NCBI GenBank assembly: GCA_040904565.1
Contig: JBBDTI010000072.1
Span: forward strand, 73,122 to 91,926
Reading direction: 5' to 3'
Source: Rhodothermales bacterium
GTDB lineage: Bacteria; Bacteroidota; Rhodothermia; Rhodothermales; VXPQ01
DNA length: 18,805 bases
Below are positions 1 to 8,550 of the stretch, piece after piece (the stretch's first letter is position 1; every line of letters starts with the position of its first letter). The notes beneath the pieces were generated by a model. The model saw only the letters and a list, made by a program, of their open reading frames with translations, made no database searches and was not told where the DNA came from. The translations under genes were made by a program, and so were the position numbers.

Positions 1-1631
1 TCGACGTTGTCACCGTACGTTGCACGGAACTCATATTCCTCGCCCGGCACCAGCGTGGCTTGGGCTTCCGCGCGTACGCTGCTCTCGGTGACCTGGATAT
101 TCCTGGCCTTGCCCATGTCGGAAAACTGCACGCGCCGTCCGGAGGGGCGATAACCCAGGCTGAGCCCGCTGAAGCTCTGTCTGGTGATTTGAGGCGACAG
201 CTTCTGACCGCCTGAGCACGACAGCGAGGCGCGGACCGTATATTCTTGCGCCTCGATCGTCGGCAACCGGACGGTCTGATCGAACGTACCGCTCGGTACC
301 GTAAAGAAGTGCGTAAAAACGACCCCTGATGAAAGGCCGACCGTAACGTACCCCATCCGCCCCGTAGGCAGCAGTACGCCCACATTGCGCGTCAGGGATT
401 GACCGCCCGGCACGACGAACCCGGTTCTGATCGTCCGACTGGTACCGAGTCCTGCAATGCGCACCCAGTTGATGGTCTGAGGCGCGGCATTCGCGGAATT
501 GTCGAACGTGACGGTCATCAGGCGGCTCTTTGGAATCACGCGACGCCAGCTCCACCAGGAGCGACGGTGGCGATGCCAGCTGGCCGCACCGACCTTGTTG
601 GGCGAAGACGCAGCGGCGTCGACCAGCGGCTGCATGTCCACGTTCGCACCTTCTCCACCTACGCAGATCGTCGCGACGACCGTCGGACGCTCGCCGAGCG
701 TGAACGGAACGGCACCGAGGTTGACCTCTTCCAGCCCGTCTATCGACGTGACGACGACATCGGCGTCGTCGACCAATCCCGCTTCGATGGCATCGTACAA
801 TTCTTCATTGTCGACCTCATTCGTCAACGTAAAGGCACATTCACCGGCCTCTTCACCCGCCTCGTAATCGAAGGCCACCTTTCCGGAAGCGTCCGACATC
901 CCGAAGCCGGCCACGCCGAGCAGCGCCTCTTCTTCATTCTCTTTGAGCTGCGACGGAACGGCATCCAGGCCCTCATCGAGGTCGAAGACCTGCAGGTCCG
1001 TCGTGATCTGACCGGTTAACGCCGTACCGTCGGAGCCTAGCGGCTTCGTGCCCTTTTCCACCTTCGCACTCGTGCTGGCCTGCACGTTGTTCTGTTGCGG
1101 CGTCGTGACCGTCACGGACTCCGCAACGCCGGTTTCAGCGGAAGACTGGGTCTGTGAATTCTGTACGCCGGAGGTACCTTGCATCGTGGTTTGCACCTTG
1201 TCCGGCAGCAGCTGAACGGTCACGTTGTTTCCACCCGAATCGACCAGCGCGACATCGACCGTCTCCGACAGATAGCCATCGGCCTCGACGCTAAGACCGA
1301 ATTCGACCGGACTGTTCTCGGTGGGCAGAACGGAATTCTGTATGCCGAAGGTGACCACGCCGCCAGAAGCCCGGATATCGGTAATCGGGTCGCTGTAAAC
1401 GTCGATGATGACGCCTGCATTCTGCCCGGTGAACGAGAGCACCGCACCGGGAATGGACTCGAGCGTCTCGTAGTCGAGCACCTGCGCCGAGACGGTCGTG
1501 TTAATTTCTTCGAGTTCGATGATCAGATCGAAATCGTCGGCGGCCTTGTCGAGTCCGCTTAGATCACATCCTGCGAGAAGGAACGCGACGAGAACCACGC
1601 CGGCGAGAGATCGAAGCGTTTGGATACTCAT
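1..1631 (-). CDS. Large lipoprotein of unknown function, 3'-truncated by the window edge (>543 aa)
   Basis: Not in the ORF track. My translation from ATG at 1631 gives MSIQTLRSLAGVVLVAFLLAGCDLSGLDKAADDFDLIIELEEINTTVSAQVLD... and stays open with no stop to position 1 (...EYEFRATYGDNV). It has a signal peptide II with an LAG|C lipobox and a beta-rich composition. Confidence 0.85.
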   Translation of the reverse strand, partial: MSIQTLRSLAGVVLVAFLLAGCDLSGLDKAADDFDLIIELEEINTTVSAQVLDYETLESIPGAVLSFTGQNAGVIIDVYSDPITDIRASGGVVTFGIQNSVLPTENSPVEFGLSVEADGYLSETVDVALVDSGGNNVTVQLLPDKVQTTMQGTSGVQNSQTQSSAETGVAESVTVTTPQQNNVQASTSAKVEKGTKPLGSDGTALTGQITTDLQVFDLDEGLDAVPSQLKENEEEALLGVAGFGMSDASGKVAFDYEAGEEAGECAFTLTNEVDNEELYDAIEAGLVDDADVVVTSIDGLEEVNLGAVPFTLGERPTVVATICVGGEGANVDMQPLVDAAASSPNKVGAASWHRHRRSWWSWRRVIPKSRLMTVTFDNSANAAPQTINWVRIAGLGTSRTIRTGFVVPGGQSLTRNVGVLLPTGRMGYVTVGLSSGVVFTHFFTVPSGTFDQTVRLPTIEAQEYTVRASLSCSGGQKLSPQITRQSFSGLSLGYRPSGRRVQFSDMGKARNIQVTESSVRAEAQATLVPGEEYEFRATYGDNV

Positions 1632-1692
1632 GATGCCGATAAATCTTTGAGACGAAGAGTGGACAGATGAGATGGTGAGATGGGAGGTGCCT

Positions 1693-2367
1693 TTATCGTC
1701 CCATGAACTTGTAGGAGACACCGACGGATACCAGCGGGTACAGGACGATGCCGCTGAGATTTTCTTCCAGCTCCGCCGCCTCGCCCGCGGTGGGTGCTAT
1801 CATCCCCGTTCCCTCCATGGATACGGCCGGTGAATCCGTGTAGAGAATGCCGAGGTCGAACACGAAAGCCAGCTTGCCGCCCGGTCGAACCGAGTTGCCG
1901 AAACCCACTCCGACGTACGGATTGATGCTCGCCTTATGCGATACCTCGGCGGTCAGCGAGCCGATCTTCTCCGGCGCGAATTCCTTCTCGTTGAGGGTGT
2001 ACGATTCCAGAGGGAGAATGGTCGACGTCACGTGGTTGTTGTTGTATACGAGGCCCGCCGTCAACCGGACGCCGCGGCGAACCGGGAAGAAATCGACCAG
2101 CGCACGAGCCGAGCCGAGCGACAGATCCGAATCGGCGCGAATGCGGATTTCCTCATCGTCGATATCATCGGATCTCGAATAGGAATAAGCGTTCGCGCCC
2201 GCGCGGAGGTTGATCTTATTCGAAAGCGCACCGGTGAGCTCGACGCCGGGGCCCATGCTTCCAGCCCGAATTCCAACGGCCAAATCCTGAGCGTGCAAAG
2301 GTGCCGGCCTGACCGCGATTACGAACAGTGCAGAGAACAGCGCAACGCAGACTAGATATTGTTTCAT
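1693..2367 (-). CDS. Small outer-membrane beta-barrel protein (uncharacterised OMP family)
   Basis: Signal peptide ending LHA|Q, amphipathic strands (GIRAGSMGPGVEL, PYVGVGFG, FVFDLGILY) and a C-terminal beta-signal VGVSYKF. It is co-oriented with and 61 bp upstream of the lipoprotein. Confidence 0.75.
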   Translation of the reverse strand: MKQYLVCVALFSALFVIAVRPAPLHAQDLAVGIRAGSMGPGVELTGALSNKINLRAGANAYSYSRSDDIDDEEIRIRADSDLSLGSARALVDFFPVRRGVRLTAGLVYNNNHVTSTILPLESYTLNEKEFAPEKIGSLTAEVSHKASINPYVGVGFGNSVRPGGKLAFVFDLGILYTDSPAVSMEGTGMIAPTAGEAAELEENLSGIVLYPLVSVGVSYKFMGR

Positions 2368-2575
2368 GGGAAGCGTGGCACACGTGGAAAAACGGTGGGT
2401 GATTCGAATACGGGAAGGCAGGGCGTCTCCCGACAGCTGTTCCCTCAGAGAGTGACCATAGGCACGGCCTCTCTACACGAAAATCGGTCGTAAATTAGGA
2501 GGAAAACAAATCCGATACGAACGTTTCATCAGCGGCGTGAAAATATAAATATCAGCAGAATCACATCCGGAGCGT

Positions 2576-4003
2576 TCAGGCCGATTCATCCGCCACGCCG
2601 AGCTGTTCGGCGGCGTCGCGGATGAGGGCATCAGCCCGATCGCCCGACGCTGCTTCGGAATAGATGCGGAGCACGGGCTCCGTGCCGGACGGGCGTACGA
2701 GAAGCCACCCGCCGTCCACCAGGTGTTTGAACCCGTCGAGCGTATCCAGTTCGTGAACCGGCTCGCCCGCTATCTCCGCGAGGCCCCCCTCCTCCCGGAG
2801 GCGCTTCAGCACGTTCTGCTTCCTCGCCTCCGTCGTGTGCAGATCGATGCGCCGGCACACGTGGGGGCCGAACTCGTCGTGCAGCTCTTCCACGAGTTCC
2901 GAGAGCTTTCGCCTCCGCTTGGCCATCATCTCCAGGATCAGAAGCCCGATATAGAGGCCGTCCCGCTCCGGAATGTGCCCCTTCACGGCGATGCCGCCCG
3001 ATTCTTCACCGCCTACCAGCACGTCCTCCTCGACGATCCTCGACGCGATGTACTTGAATCCGATCGGCGTCGTCTCGAGCGGAAGGCCATACGCCGCCGC
3101 CATGCGGTCGATGAGCGACGTTGTGGAGACGGTCTTGACGACGAGGCCGGAGAGATGCTGCTCCGTGTGGAGGTACTTGACGAGCAGCGCCACGATGGTG
3201 TGTGAATCGACGAAGCGGCCTCGTTCGTCGTACATCCCTACGCGATCGGCATCCCCGTCATTGGCGAGTCCGGCCGCCGCTCCGCGATCGATCACCGCTC
3301 GAGCGAGCCCGGCGAGGTTGCGCTCGATGGGTTCGGGGGCCTCTCCGTCGAAACCCGGATTCCAGGTGCTACGGATTTCCTCGACCCTGTCTTCACCTAT
3401 CAGCCGTGAGAGGAGGCCCTGCCCGGACCCATACATGGCGTCGTGGACCACGAGCAGGCCGGACGACCGGATCGCCTCCAGATCGAGGCGGCCTCTCAGG
3501 TAGTCGAGGAAATCGTCGGTGACGGGCCGGCGTTCGATCCGCCCTTCCGCCTGCATGCGCTCGAGTCCGGGCGGCGCGACGGCATCACCACCGAGCCGGG
3601 GAAGCTCCCCCTGCACGGCGGAAACCATTTCCGGTGGTGCCGATCCTCCAAAATCCGCCTTCAGCTTGAACCCGTTGTATTCGGGCGGATTGTGACTTGC
3701 CGTGATCACCACGCCCACGTTGGCCTCGTAGGCCTTCGTCGCCCAGCTCACCGCCTGCGTCGGCGTGAAGGCATCGGCCAGCATGACCGTAACCTCCTGA
3801 GAGGCAAGCACGCGTGCCACGTATTCGGCAAACTGCCGCCCCATGAACCGCGTGTCGTATCCCACGACGGCGCGAGGGGCGTCGCCGTGCTGCCGCCGAA
3901 GCCACCGCAGCGTGGCGCGGGAGACCGTGTCCAGGTTGCGGAACGTAAAATCATCCGCGATGATACCGCGCCAACCGTCCGTTCCGAAGGTGATGTTTGT
4001 CAT
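2576..4003 (-). CDS. Phosphoglucomutase/phosphomannomutase family protein (alpha-D-phosphohexomutase)
   Basis: Motifs FGTDGWRG, catalytic TASHNP, metal-binding DGDADR, sugar-binding GGEESGG and C-terminal RPSGTEP. Confidence 0.95.
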   Translation of the reverse strand: MTNITFGTDGWRGIIADDFTFRNLDTVSRATLRWLRRQHGDAPRAVVGYDTRFMGRQFAEYVARVLASQEVTVMLADAFTPTQAVSWATKAYEANVGVVITASHNPPEYNGFKLKADFGGSAPPEMVSAVQGELPRLGGDAVAPPGLERMQAEGRIERRPVTDDFLDYLRGRLDLEAIRSSGLLVVHDAMYGSGQGLLSRLIGEDRVEEIRSTWNPGFDGEAPEPIERNLAGLARAVIDRGAAAGLANDGDADRVGMYDERGRFVDSHTIVALLVKYLHTEQHLSGLVVKTVSTTSLIDRMAAAYGLPLETTPIGFKYIASRIVEEDVLVGGEESGGIAVKGHIPERDGLYIGLLILEMMAKRRRKLSELVEELHDEFGPHVCRRIDLHTTEARKQNVLKRLREEGGLAEIAGEPVHELDTLDGFKHLVDGGWLLVRPSGTEPVLRIYSEAASGDRADALIRDAAEQLGVADESA

Positions 4004-4276
4004 GCGTATACGATGGGCTGTTGCCGGCTCCCGGGGATACGTTTTGAAGGGCCTTTAACGTAGGCAATATCTGCCTGTGACGCACGGTTCGGTTGGTGTG
4101 GCTCGTGCGGGTGCCGGACTGATGCCCGAAGGGCGTCACCCCGGACTTCCATCCCCTGGTCGACGTCTCATGATGAGATCGCGTCCCAAATCGTAACACC
4201 GCCTTGCACCGTTCTCATAACACCCTGTCATCCCGCTTCTCGAGTGGAGCACCATGCAGGCCTGAACCACAAAACG

Positions 4277-4293
4277 TGGCACGCCTCTTGTGG
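4277..4293 (+). promoter_or_regulatory. Putative sigma54-like (-24/-12) promoter upstream of the pilus locus
   Basis: TGGCACGCCTCTTGTGG has a perfect TGGCACG -24 box with GG-N10-GT spacing (canonical is GG-N10-GC). The same motif recurs at 7620 and 8875. Confidence 0.45.
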
Positions 4294-4447
4294 AACACTA
4301 AGAACGAAGATAAGGTAGCAAATATGGGTAGTTTCTCCACCGGACACCCCGTACGTTACACAGGTACCCGCGCCAGGTACGCTTGTTAGTTAGTTACCCT
4401 GGCAGAACGGCCTTCACCAGAGCGACCTTCATCCCCATTCCACCCGC

Positions 4448-5161
4448 GTGATCCAAAAGGTCCTCATACTCTCGATTGCCCTCGCTTTTACGGTGACCTG
4501 TGCGCGCGCTCAGGAAGAAGAGCGCGAGAGCATCCGTATTGAGGCGGAGCTTATCACCGGAACGGATGCCCTGACCGGGCAGACGGCGGACTCGTTTGAT
4601 GGACAGGCAACGCAGGCGCCGGGTATTGCGCCAGGAATCGCGCCGGGGGATACGGGCGAGCCCGGCACGGATGACGCCGGCGTAGGCGACGATCCGCAGA
4701 CCGGGCAGCAGCAGGCCGTCGGGCAGCAGCCCGAAGGTGGACAGCAACCCGCTGCCAATCAACCGCAGCAGAGCGTCAATGATGTTGCTGCCCAACTTGC
4801 CGGCTCCGCGCTGTCGGGGAACTTGAGCCTCGCGGACACCGCGATGGTCGCCGCTCTGAACGCCGGAAGCCGGTCGCAACGCCAGAATGTGGATGCCCTG
4901 GTTTCGATCACCGTGATCGACGCCGACGGCAATATTAGAACCTCGACGATGCGGAACGGGGATTTGAATCCCGAGCTGCTCGCTCCGTCCGCCGGCCTCC
5001 GCACGACCTTCGGCGCCGACCCTAGTGTGGGTCAGGACGCGGCGTTCGTGCCGCAGCAGGCGCAGACGGCGGCACAACAGTCAGTATTCGCCGGCGACAT
5101 CATGCGCCGATCCGCGGGTACGACGTATTTCTACATTCAGGTCTGCAGCTGCGGGCTATAG
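4448..5161 (+). CDS. Secreted hypothetical protein, Gln/Gly/Pro/Asp-rich, first gene of the pilus locus
   Basis: GTG start, signal peptide ending ARA|Q, low-complexity GIAPGIAPG and QQP repeats. Its stop is 4 bp before the next ATG (5166). Confidence 0.7.
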   Translation: MIQKVLILSIALAFTVTCARAQEEERESIRIEAELITGTDALTGQTADSFDGQATQAPGIAPGIAPGDTGEPGTDDAGVGDDPQTGQQQAVGQQPEGGQQPAANQPQQSVNDVAAQLAGSALSGNLSLADTAMVAALNAGSRSQRQNVDALVSITVIDADGNIRTSTMRNGDLNPELLAPSAGLRTTFGADPSVGQDAAFVPQQAQTAAQQSVFAGDIMRRSAGTTYFYIQVCSCGL

Positions 5162-5165
5162 GGAG

Positions 5166-5744
5166 ATGAACCTGACGAGACGATCCATATCGAGCAGCGT
5201 ACCGGGTGCGGCCCGCCTGGTGAGATACCTCTCCTTGCTGGCTGCCCTCGCGCTAGCCGGCGTGCATGCCGGCCTGGCCCAACAGATTCGGAGAACGACG
5301 CCCGTCGCCGCTAATATCGGCATTGAGGTTCAAATCGCACAGTCCCTCTCGCTGGTTGCAACAAACGACCTGAGTTTCGGGCAAATTCCGACGTCGAATG
5401 CAGGCGGACAGGTGTTCATCCGCCACGACGAGCCGGATGCCGGCCGTTTCGAGTTGCGGGGCTCCGGAAGCAACGATATCGTCGTGAACTACGTCGCTCC
5501 CACGCAGCTTACGAACGAATCCGGGGCGGGCGTCATCGGCGTCAATCTCGAACTCTACGGAACGACGTCCCAGGGAAATGCCTCAAGCGCGGAGCGCCTG
5601 CTGCAGAATGAAACCGTTTCGTTGTCGGGTGGCCGCTACTTCTTTTTCGTGGGCGGCGAGCTCGTAATCGGTCCGGTTTCCTCCAATCCGCCCGGCATCT
5701 ACGTCGGCGAATTCGAGTTGGAAGTTTCCTACCTCAACTTATGA
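5166..5744 (+). CDS. DUF4402-like / chaperone-usher pilin subunit (probable minor pilin)
   Basis: Start reassigned to ATG 5166 (same frame as the 5025 ORF). Signal peptide ending GLA|Q, NDLSFG motif and C-terminal PGIYVGEFELEVSY, matching the G-x-Y-x-G alternating terminal strand of this pilin type. Confidence 0.75.
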   Translation: MNLTRRSISSSVPGAARLVRYLSLLAALALAGVHAGLAQQIRRTTPVAANIGIEVQIAQSLSLVATNDLSFGQIPTSNAGGQVFIRHDEPDAGRFELRGSGSNDIVVNYVAPTQLTNESGAGVIGVNLELYGTTSQGNASSAERLLQNETVSLSGGRYFFFVGGELVIGPVSSNPPGIYVGEFELEVSYLNL

Positions 5745-5961
5745 ACTTTGCATGAATTATCCTTGAGAGACTTAGCATATTGGCGTGGACGGCGCGAACT
5801 GTCGTACCATTTATCTGCACAATATTCTGTAAAGTGAGATGGATACGACGAGCCAACCTTCGCGAGTGCACTGACCAGACGGCATTCTTTCTACCGACAG
5901 AAACCACCGTCTGAACCACCATTTGAACATCAACATCCCCATCCACCGAACACACAAGACC

Positions 5962-6459
5962 ATGAAGAGAGCACTATTAACCGCATTTTTGACCGTGGCG
6001 CTCGTGGGTGCCGCGCAGGCGCAGAGCAATCTGTCGCAATTCCAGAATCTCACGGAGGCTACGGCAGATGTCACCGTGTTGACCACAATTATTCAGCCGA
6101 TTACGGCTAACACCACGGGGAATATCGACTTTGGAATCGTTGAGCACGATCCAAGTGGAACTACGTCCGGGATTAACGCGCTGGAAACGGCTACGCTTGA
6201 CGTGACGGCGTTCCCAGGCTCCACCATTGACGTTGAAGGGGACGCGACAGTAACTCTCAACGCTGCTGATGGGGGTGGAGGAACGGTAACGTTCAACCCG
6301 GCCGGACCCAATACGGATAATATTACCATTCCGACTGGTGGCGGGGCATCGGCTACCCGGACCGGTATTGACCTCTCGGGTACGCTCTCGATTGACGGCA
6401 ACGCATTCGGCGGTTACAATGGGACGTATACGCTGACGTTTAACTACAGCTCGATCTAA
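5962..6459 (+). CDS. DUF4402-like pilin, probable major subunit (165 aa)
   Basis: ATG 5962 gives MKRALLTAFLTVALVGAAQA|Q. It has GNIDFG and C-terminal GGYNGTYTLTFNY motifs, is Thr/Gly/Asn-rich, has its own AT-rich upstream region and is followed by a strong terminator. Confidence 0.78.
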   Translation: MKRALLTAFLTVALVGAAQAQSNLSQFQNLTEATADVTVLTTIIQPITANTTGNIDFGIVEHDPSGTTSGINALETATLDVTAFPGSTIDVEGDATVTLNAADGGGGTVTFNPAGPNTDNITIPTGGGASATRTGIDLSGTLSIDGNAFGGYNGTYTLTFNYSSI

Positions 6460-6522
6460 ATCGAGTTCGAAGCGCCTACGGGCAGATAGGCCAGGCTCCT
6501 GCATAACTATTCTGCCGATCAT

Positions 6523-6563
6523 AGGGGAGTGCCGCAAGCACATTGCGCGCACTCCCCTTTTTG
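6523..6563 (+). terminator. Rho-independent terminator after the probable major pilin
   Basis: AGGGGAGTGC-CGCAA-gcaca-TTGCG-c-GCACTCCCCT is a ~15-bp stem with one bulge, and its final T begins a TTTTTG tract. Confidence 0.85.
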
Positions 6564-6657
6564 TATCGGAAATATGTCGGTGTATCGCGCCGGATCAACC
6601 GTCCGGCGATGATCGTACGCCCCGTCAATCGTCACGCCCGCCACGTTCCACCATTCC

Positions 6658-7593
6658 ATGGCACGTATCGAAGCCGTATTTCGCCGATATCTCGCCGTCT
6701 TCGCGGTCCTTGTCTCTGCGTTTGGACCGAGTAGCACCGTGGCACAGGGCCCGCCTCAATACTTAGAGGTCGTACCGCTGTCCGACCTGGATTACGGGGT
6801 GCTCTCGAGCGGGGCCGGATCCGTCACCGTCGATACGGAATATCCGTACATCGCGTCGTTTCAGATTCGCGCGCGGCTGGCGCTCCCGCCGGGTACGTTT
6901 CCGGAGGTGGATCTTACCTTCGTGCCGCCGGCGTCGCTTTCGGGTCCCGGTGACGCGATCCCGTACACCATGAATGCGTCCACGAACTCACAGGTGGACA
7001 ACCCGGACGGATCGACGCCCGTCAGCGGCACGACGGCGAGAATCACGCTCGAGAACTATGAGGGCACCGAACAGGGTCTTCCCGTATACAGTGCCTATGC
7101 CTACGCGTTCGGCACGATCGACGTCTCGTCCTCGGCCCACGGTGGCTATAACGCGTCCCTTCAGCTGCGAGCGGAGCCCGTCTTCAACGTCCCCCCAATC
7201 TGTCTATCCGACGAATGGAATCCCAACCGCAGGTATCGCGCGGGAGACAGCGTCACGTATGATGGAGCCGCCTGGGAAGCCAACCGCCGCACGCGAGGTG
7301 ACGAACCGGGTGCGTGGCCCGGAGGAGGCGACGATGATGACGATGAGGATGAGGACGAAGATGATGATGACGAAGAAGACGACGAAGATGGTGGCGGCAG
7401 CCGGATTACCATCTGCCACATTCCCCCAGGCAATCCCGGAAATCAGCAGACGATGACCGTTTCACGGAATGCGCTTTCGGTGCACCTCGGTCACGGGGAC
7501 CACGAGGGGCCTTGCCTTGGTGACGGTGACGGTGACGATGACGACGGTTTTGGACCCGGCAGTCCATGGGACCTTATTACGACCTGCCCATAA
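6658..7593 (+). CDS. Pilin-domain protein with C-terminal CBM5/12-like domain and His/Cys insert (putative tip adhesin)
   Basis: Signal peptide, pilin domain with SDLDYG and GGYNASLQL, then EWNPNRRYRAGDSVTYDGAAWEA..TRGDEPG...SPW (ChtBD3/CBM5-12 pattern). That domain is interrupted by a 20-residue D/E run and ITICHIPPGNP...HLGHGDHEGPC. Confidence 0.75.
   Translation: MARIEAVFRRYLAVFAVLVSAFGPSSTVAQGPPQYLEVVPLSDLDYGVLSSGAGSVTVDTEYPYIASFQIRARLALPPGTFPEVDLTFVPPASLSGPGDAIPYTMNASTNSQVDNPDGSTPVSGTTARITLENYEGTEQGLPVYSAYAYAFGTIDVSSSAHGGYNASLQLRAEPVFNVPPICLSDEWNPNRRYRAGDSVTYDGAAWEANRRTRGDEPGAWPGGGDDDDDEDEDEDDDDEEDDEDGGGSRITICHIPPGNPGNQQTMTVSRNALSVHLGHGDHEGPCLGDGDGDDDDGFGPGSPWDLITTCP
7330..7389 (+). repeat. 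GAN trinucleotide tract encoding 20 consecutive Asp/Glu
   Basis: gacgatgatgacgatgaggatgaggacgaagat... translates to DDDDDEDEDEDDDDEEDDED. Confidence 0.9.
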
Positions 7594-7619
7594 TGCCGTA
7601 CTTTGCCCATCATGACCCG

Positions 7620-7636
7620 CGGCTTCACTTTTGTGG
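7620..7636 (+). promoter_or_regulatory. Putative sigma54-like promoter upstream of the chaperone
   Basis: CGGCTTCACTTTTGTGG has the same GGC-N7-TTGTGG spacing as 4277 and 8875 and lies in an AT-rich intergenic gap. Confidence 0.3.
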
Positions 7637-7710
7637 AATATTTTTCGCAAATTTGGCAGGTGATTGCTAGTCTCGCTTATTCCTCTTCATTTCCAGACCG
7701 CACGTCCGTC

Positions 7711-8550
7711 ATGGCCCGTCGACTCAACCTGGTTCTAATGGCGGTCGTCGTTGTAGCGGCCTTCTGTGCCACATCGACGAAGGCGCAGGTATCCGTGGCA
7801 CCCACCGCGCTGTTCCTCAACGACCAGGAACGCTTCGGTACACTCTACATCGGCAACCCGACGTCGACACCGCAGGAGGTGACCATCGGTTTCCGGTTCG
7901 GGTATTCGACGGCGGACTCGACGGGAGCCGTGTACGTCGAGTTCAACGACTCGACGGCCGCGGAGCGGTATTCCATTGCGGAAAACGTTCGCGCGTTCCC
8001 GCAGCGGTTCATCCTCCCGCCGGGTGAAACCCAGGTCGTGCGTATGACGGCCCGGCCCCCGGCGGATTTCGAAGAGGGCTGGATGTGGTCGCGCGTGGTG
8101 ACGACGTCGACCCCGCAGGTCAGCTTTCAGGATACCACGGCGTCGGGCGTACAGGCTAATCTCATCTTCCGCCTGCAGCAGGTCACGGCCCTCTTCTACA
8201 CGAAAGGTGATCCGGAAGTCACGTTGAACGTTGTCGACGTATCGGCGCGCGTCGATTCCAACGAAGTGATCGTTCATGCTGAGATGAACAAGGAAGGCGA
8301 ACGTCCCTTCTTCGGCCGCGTCAATGCCCGGCTTCAGAATGCGGATGGGGACGTAATTGCGGAGGAGATGAACCTGATCGCCGTGTACGTGCCGGAGCGG
8401 CGGCGTTTCGTTATCACCCTGCCGGAAGACGTATCGGAGGGACAGGATCTTCAGGTGGAGCTCACCATCACGCCCGACCGGCAGGACATTCCGTCGGAGT
8501 ACGTCCTCGATTTCTCGCCCATCGTCGCGACGACGCCTGTCACCTGGTAA
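7711..8550 (+). CDS. Periplasmic pilus chaperone (PapD-like, two Ig domains)
   Basis: Start reassigned to ATG 7711. Signal peptide ending TKA|Q, then VSVAPT..F..GTLYIGNP and the characteristic FPQRFILPPGETQVVRM motif. It is 279 aa and lies between the pilins and the usher. Confidence 0.85.
   Translation: MARRLNLVLMAVVVVAAFCATSTKAQVSVAPTALFLNDQERFGTLYIGNPTSTPQEVTIGFRFGYSTADSTGAVYVEFNDSTAAERYSIAENVRAFPQRFILPPGETQVVRMTARPPADFEEGWMWSRVVTTSTPQVSFQDTTASGVQANLIFRLQQVTALFYTKGDPEVTLNVVDVSARVDSNEVIVHAEMNKEGERPFFGRVNARLQNADGDVIAEEMNLIAVYVPERRRFVITLPEDVSEGQDLQVELTITPDRQDIPSEYVLDFSPIVATTPVTW

Noticed and set aside
31-1562. ORF-track ORFs at 31-555, 399-1019, 499-867, 1179-1562 and 1220-1447
   Set aside because: All overlap the long minus-strand lipoprotein frame (1631 to edge), which has a lipobox and natural composition.
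7653-7668. Canonical sigma54 site TTGGCAGGTGATTGCT
   Set aside because: GG-to-GC spacing is 9 nt, not the required 10.
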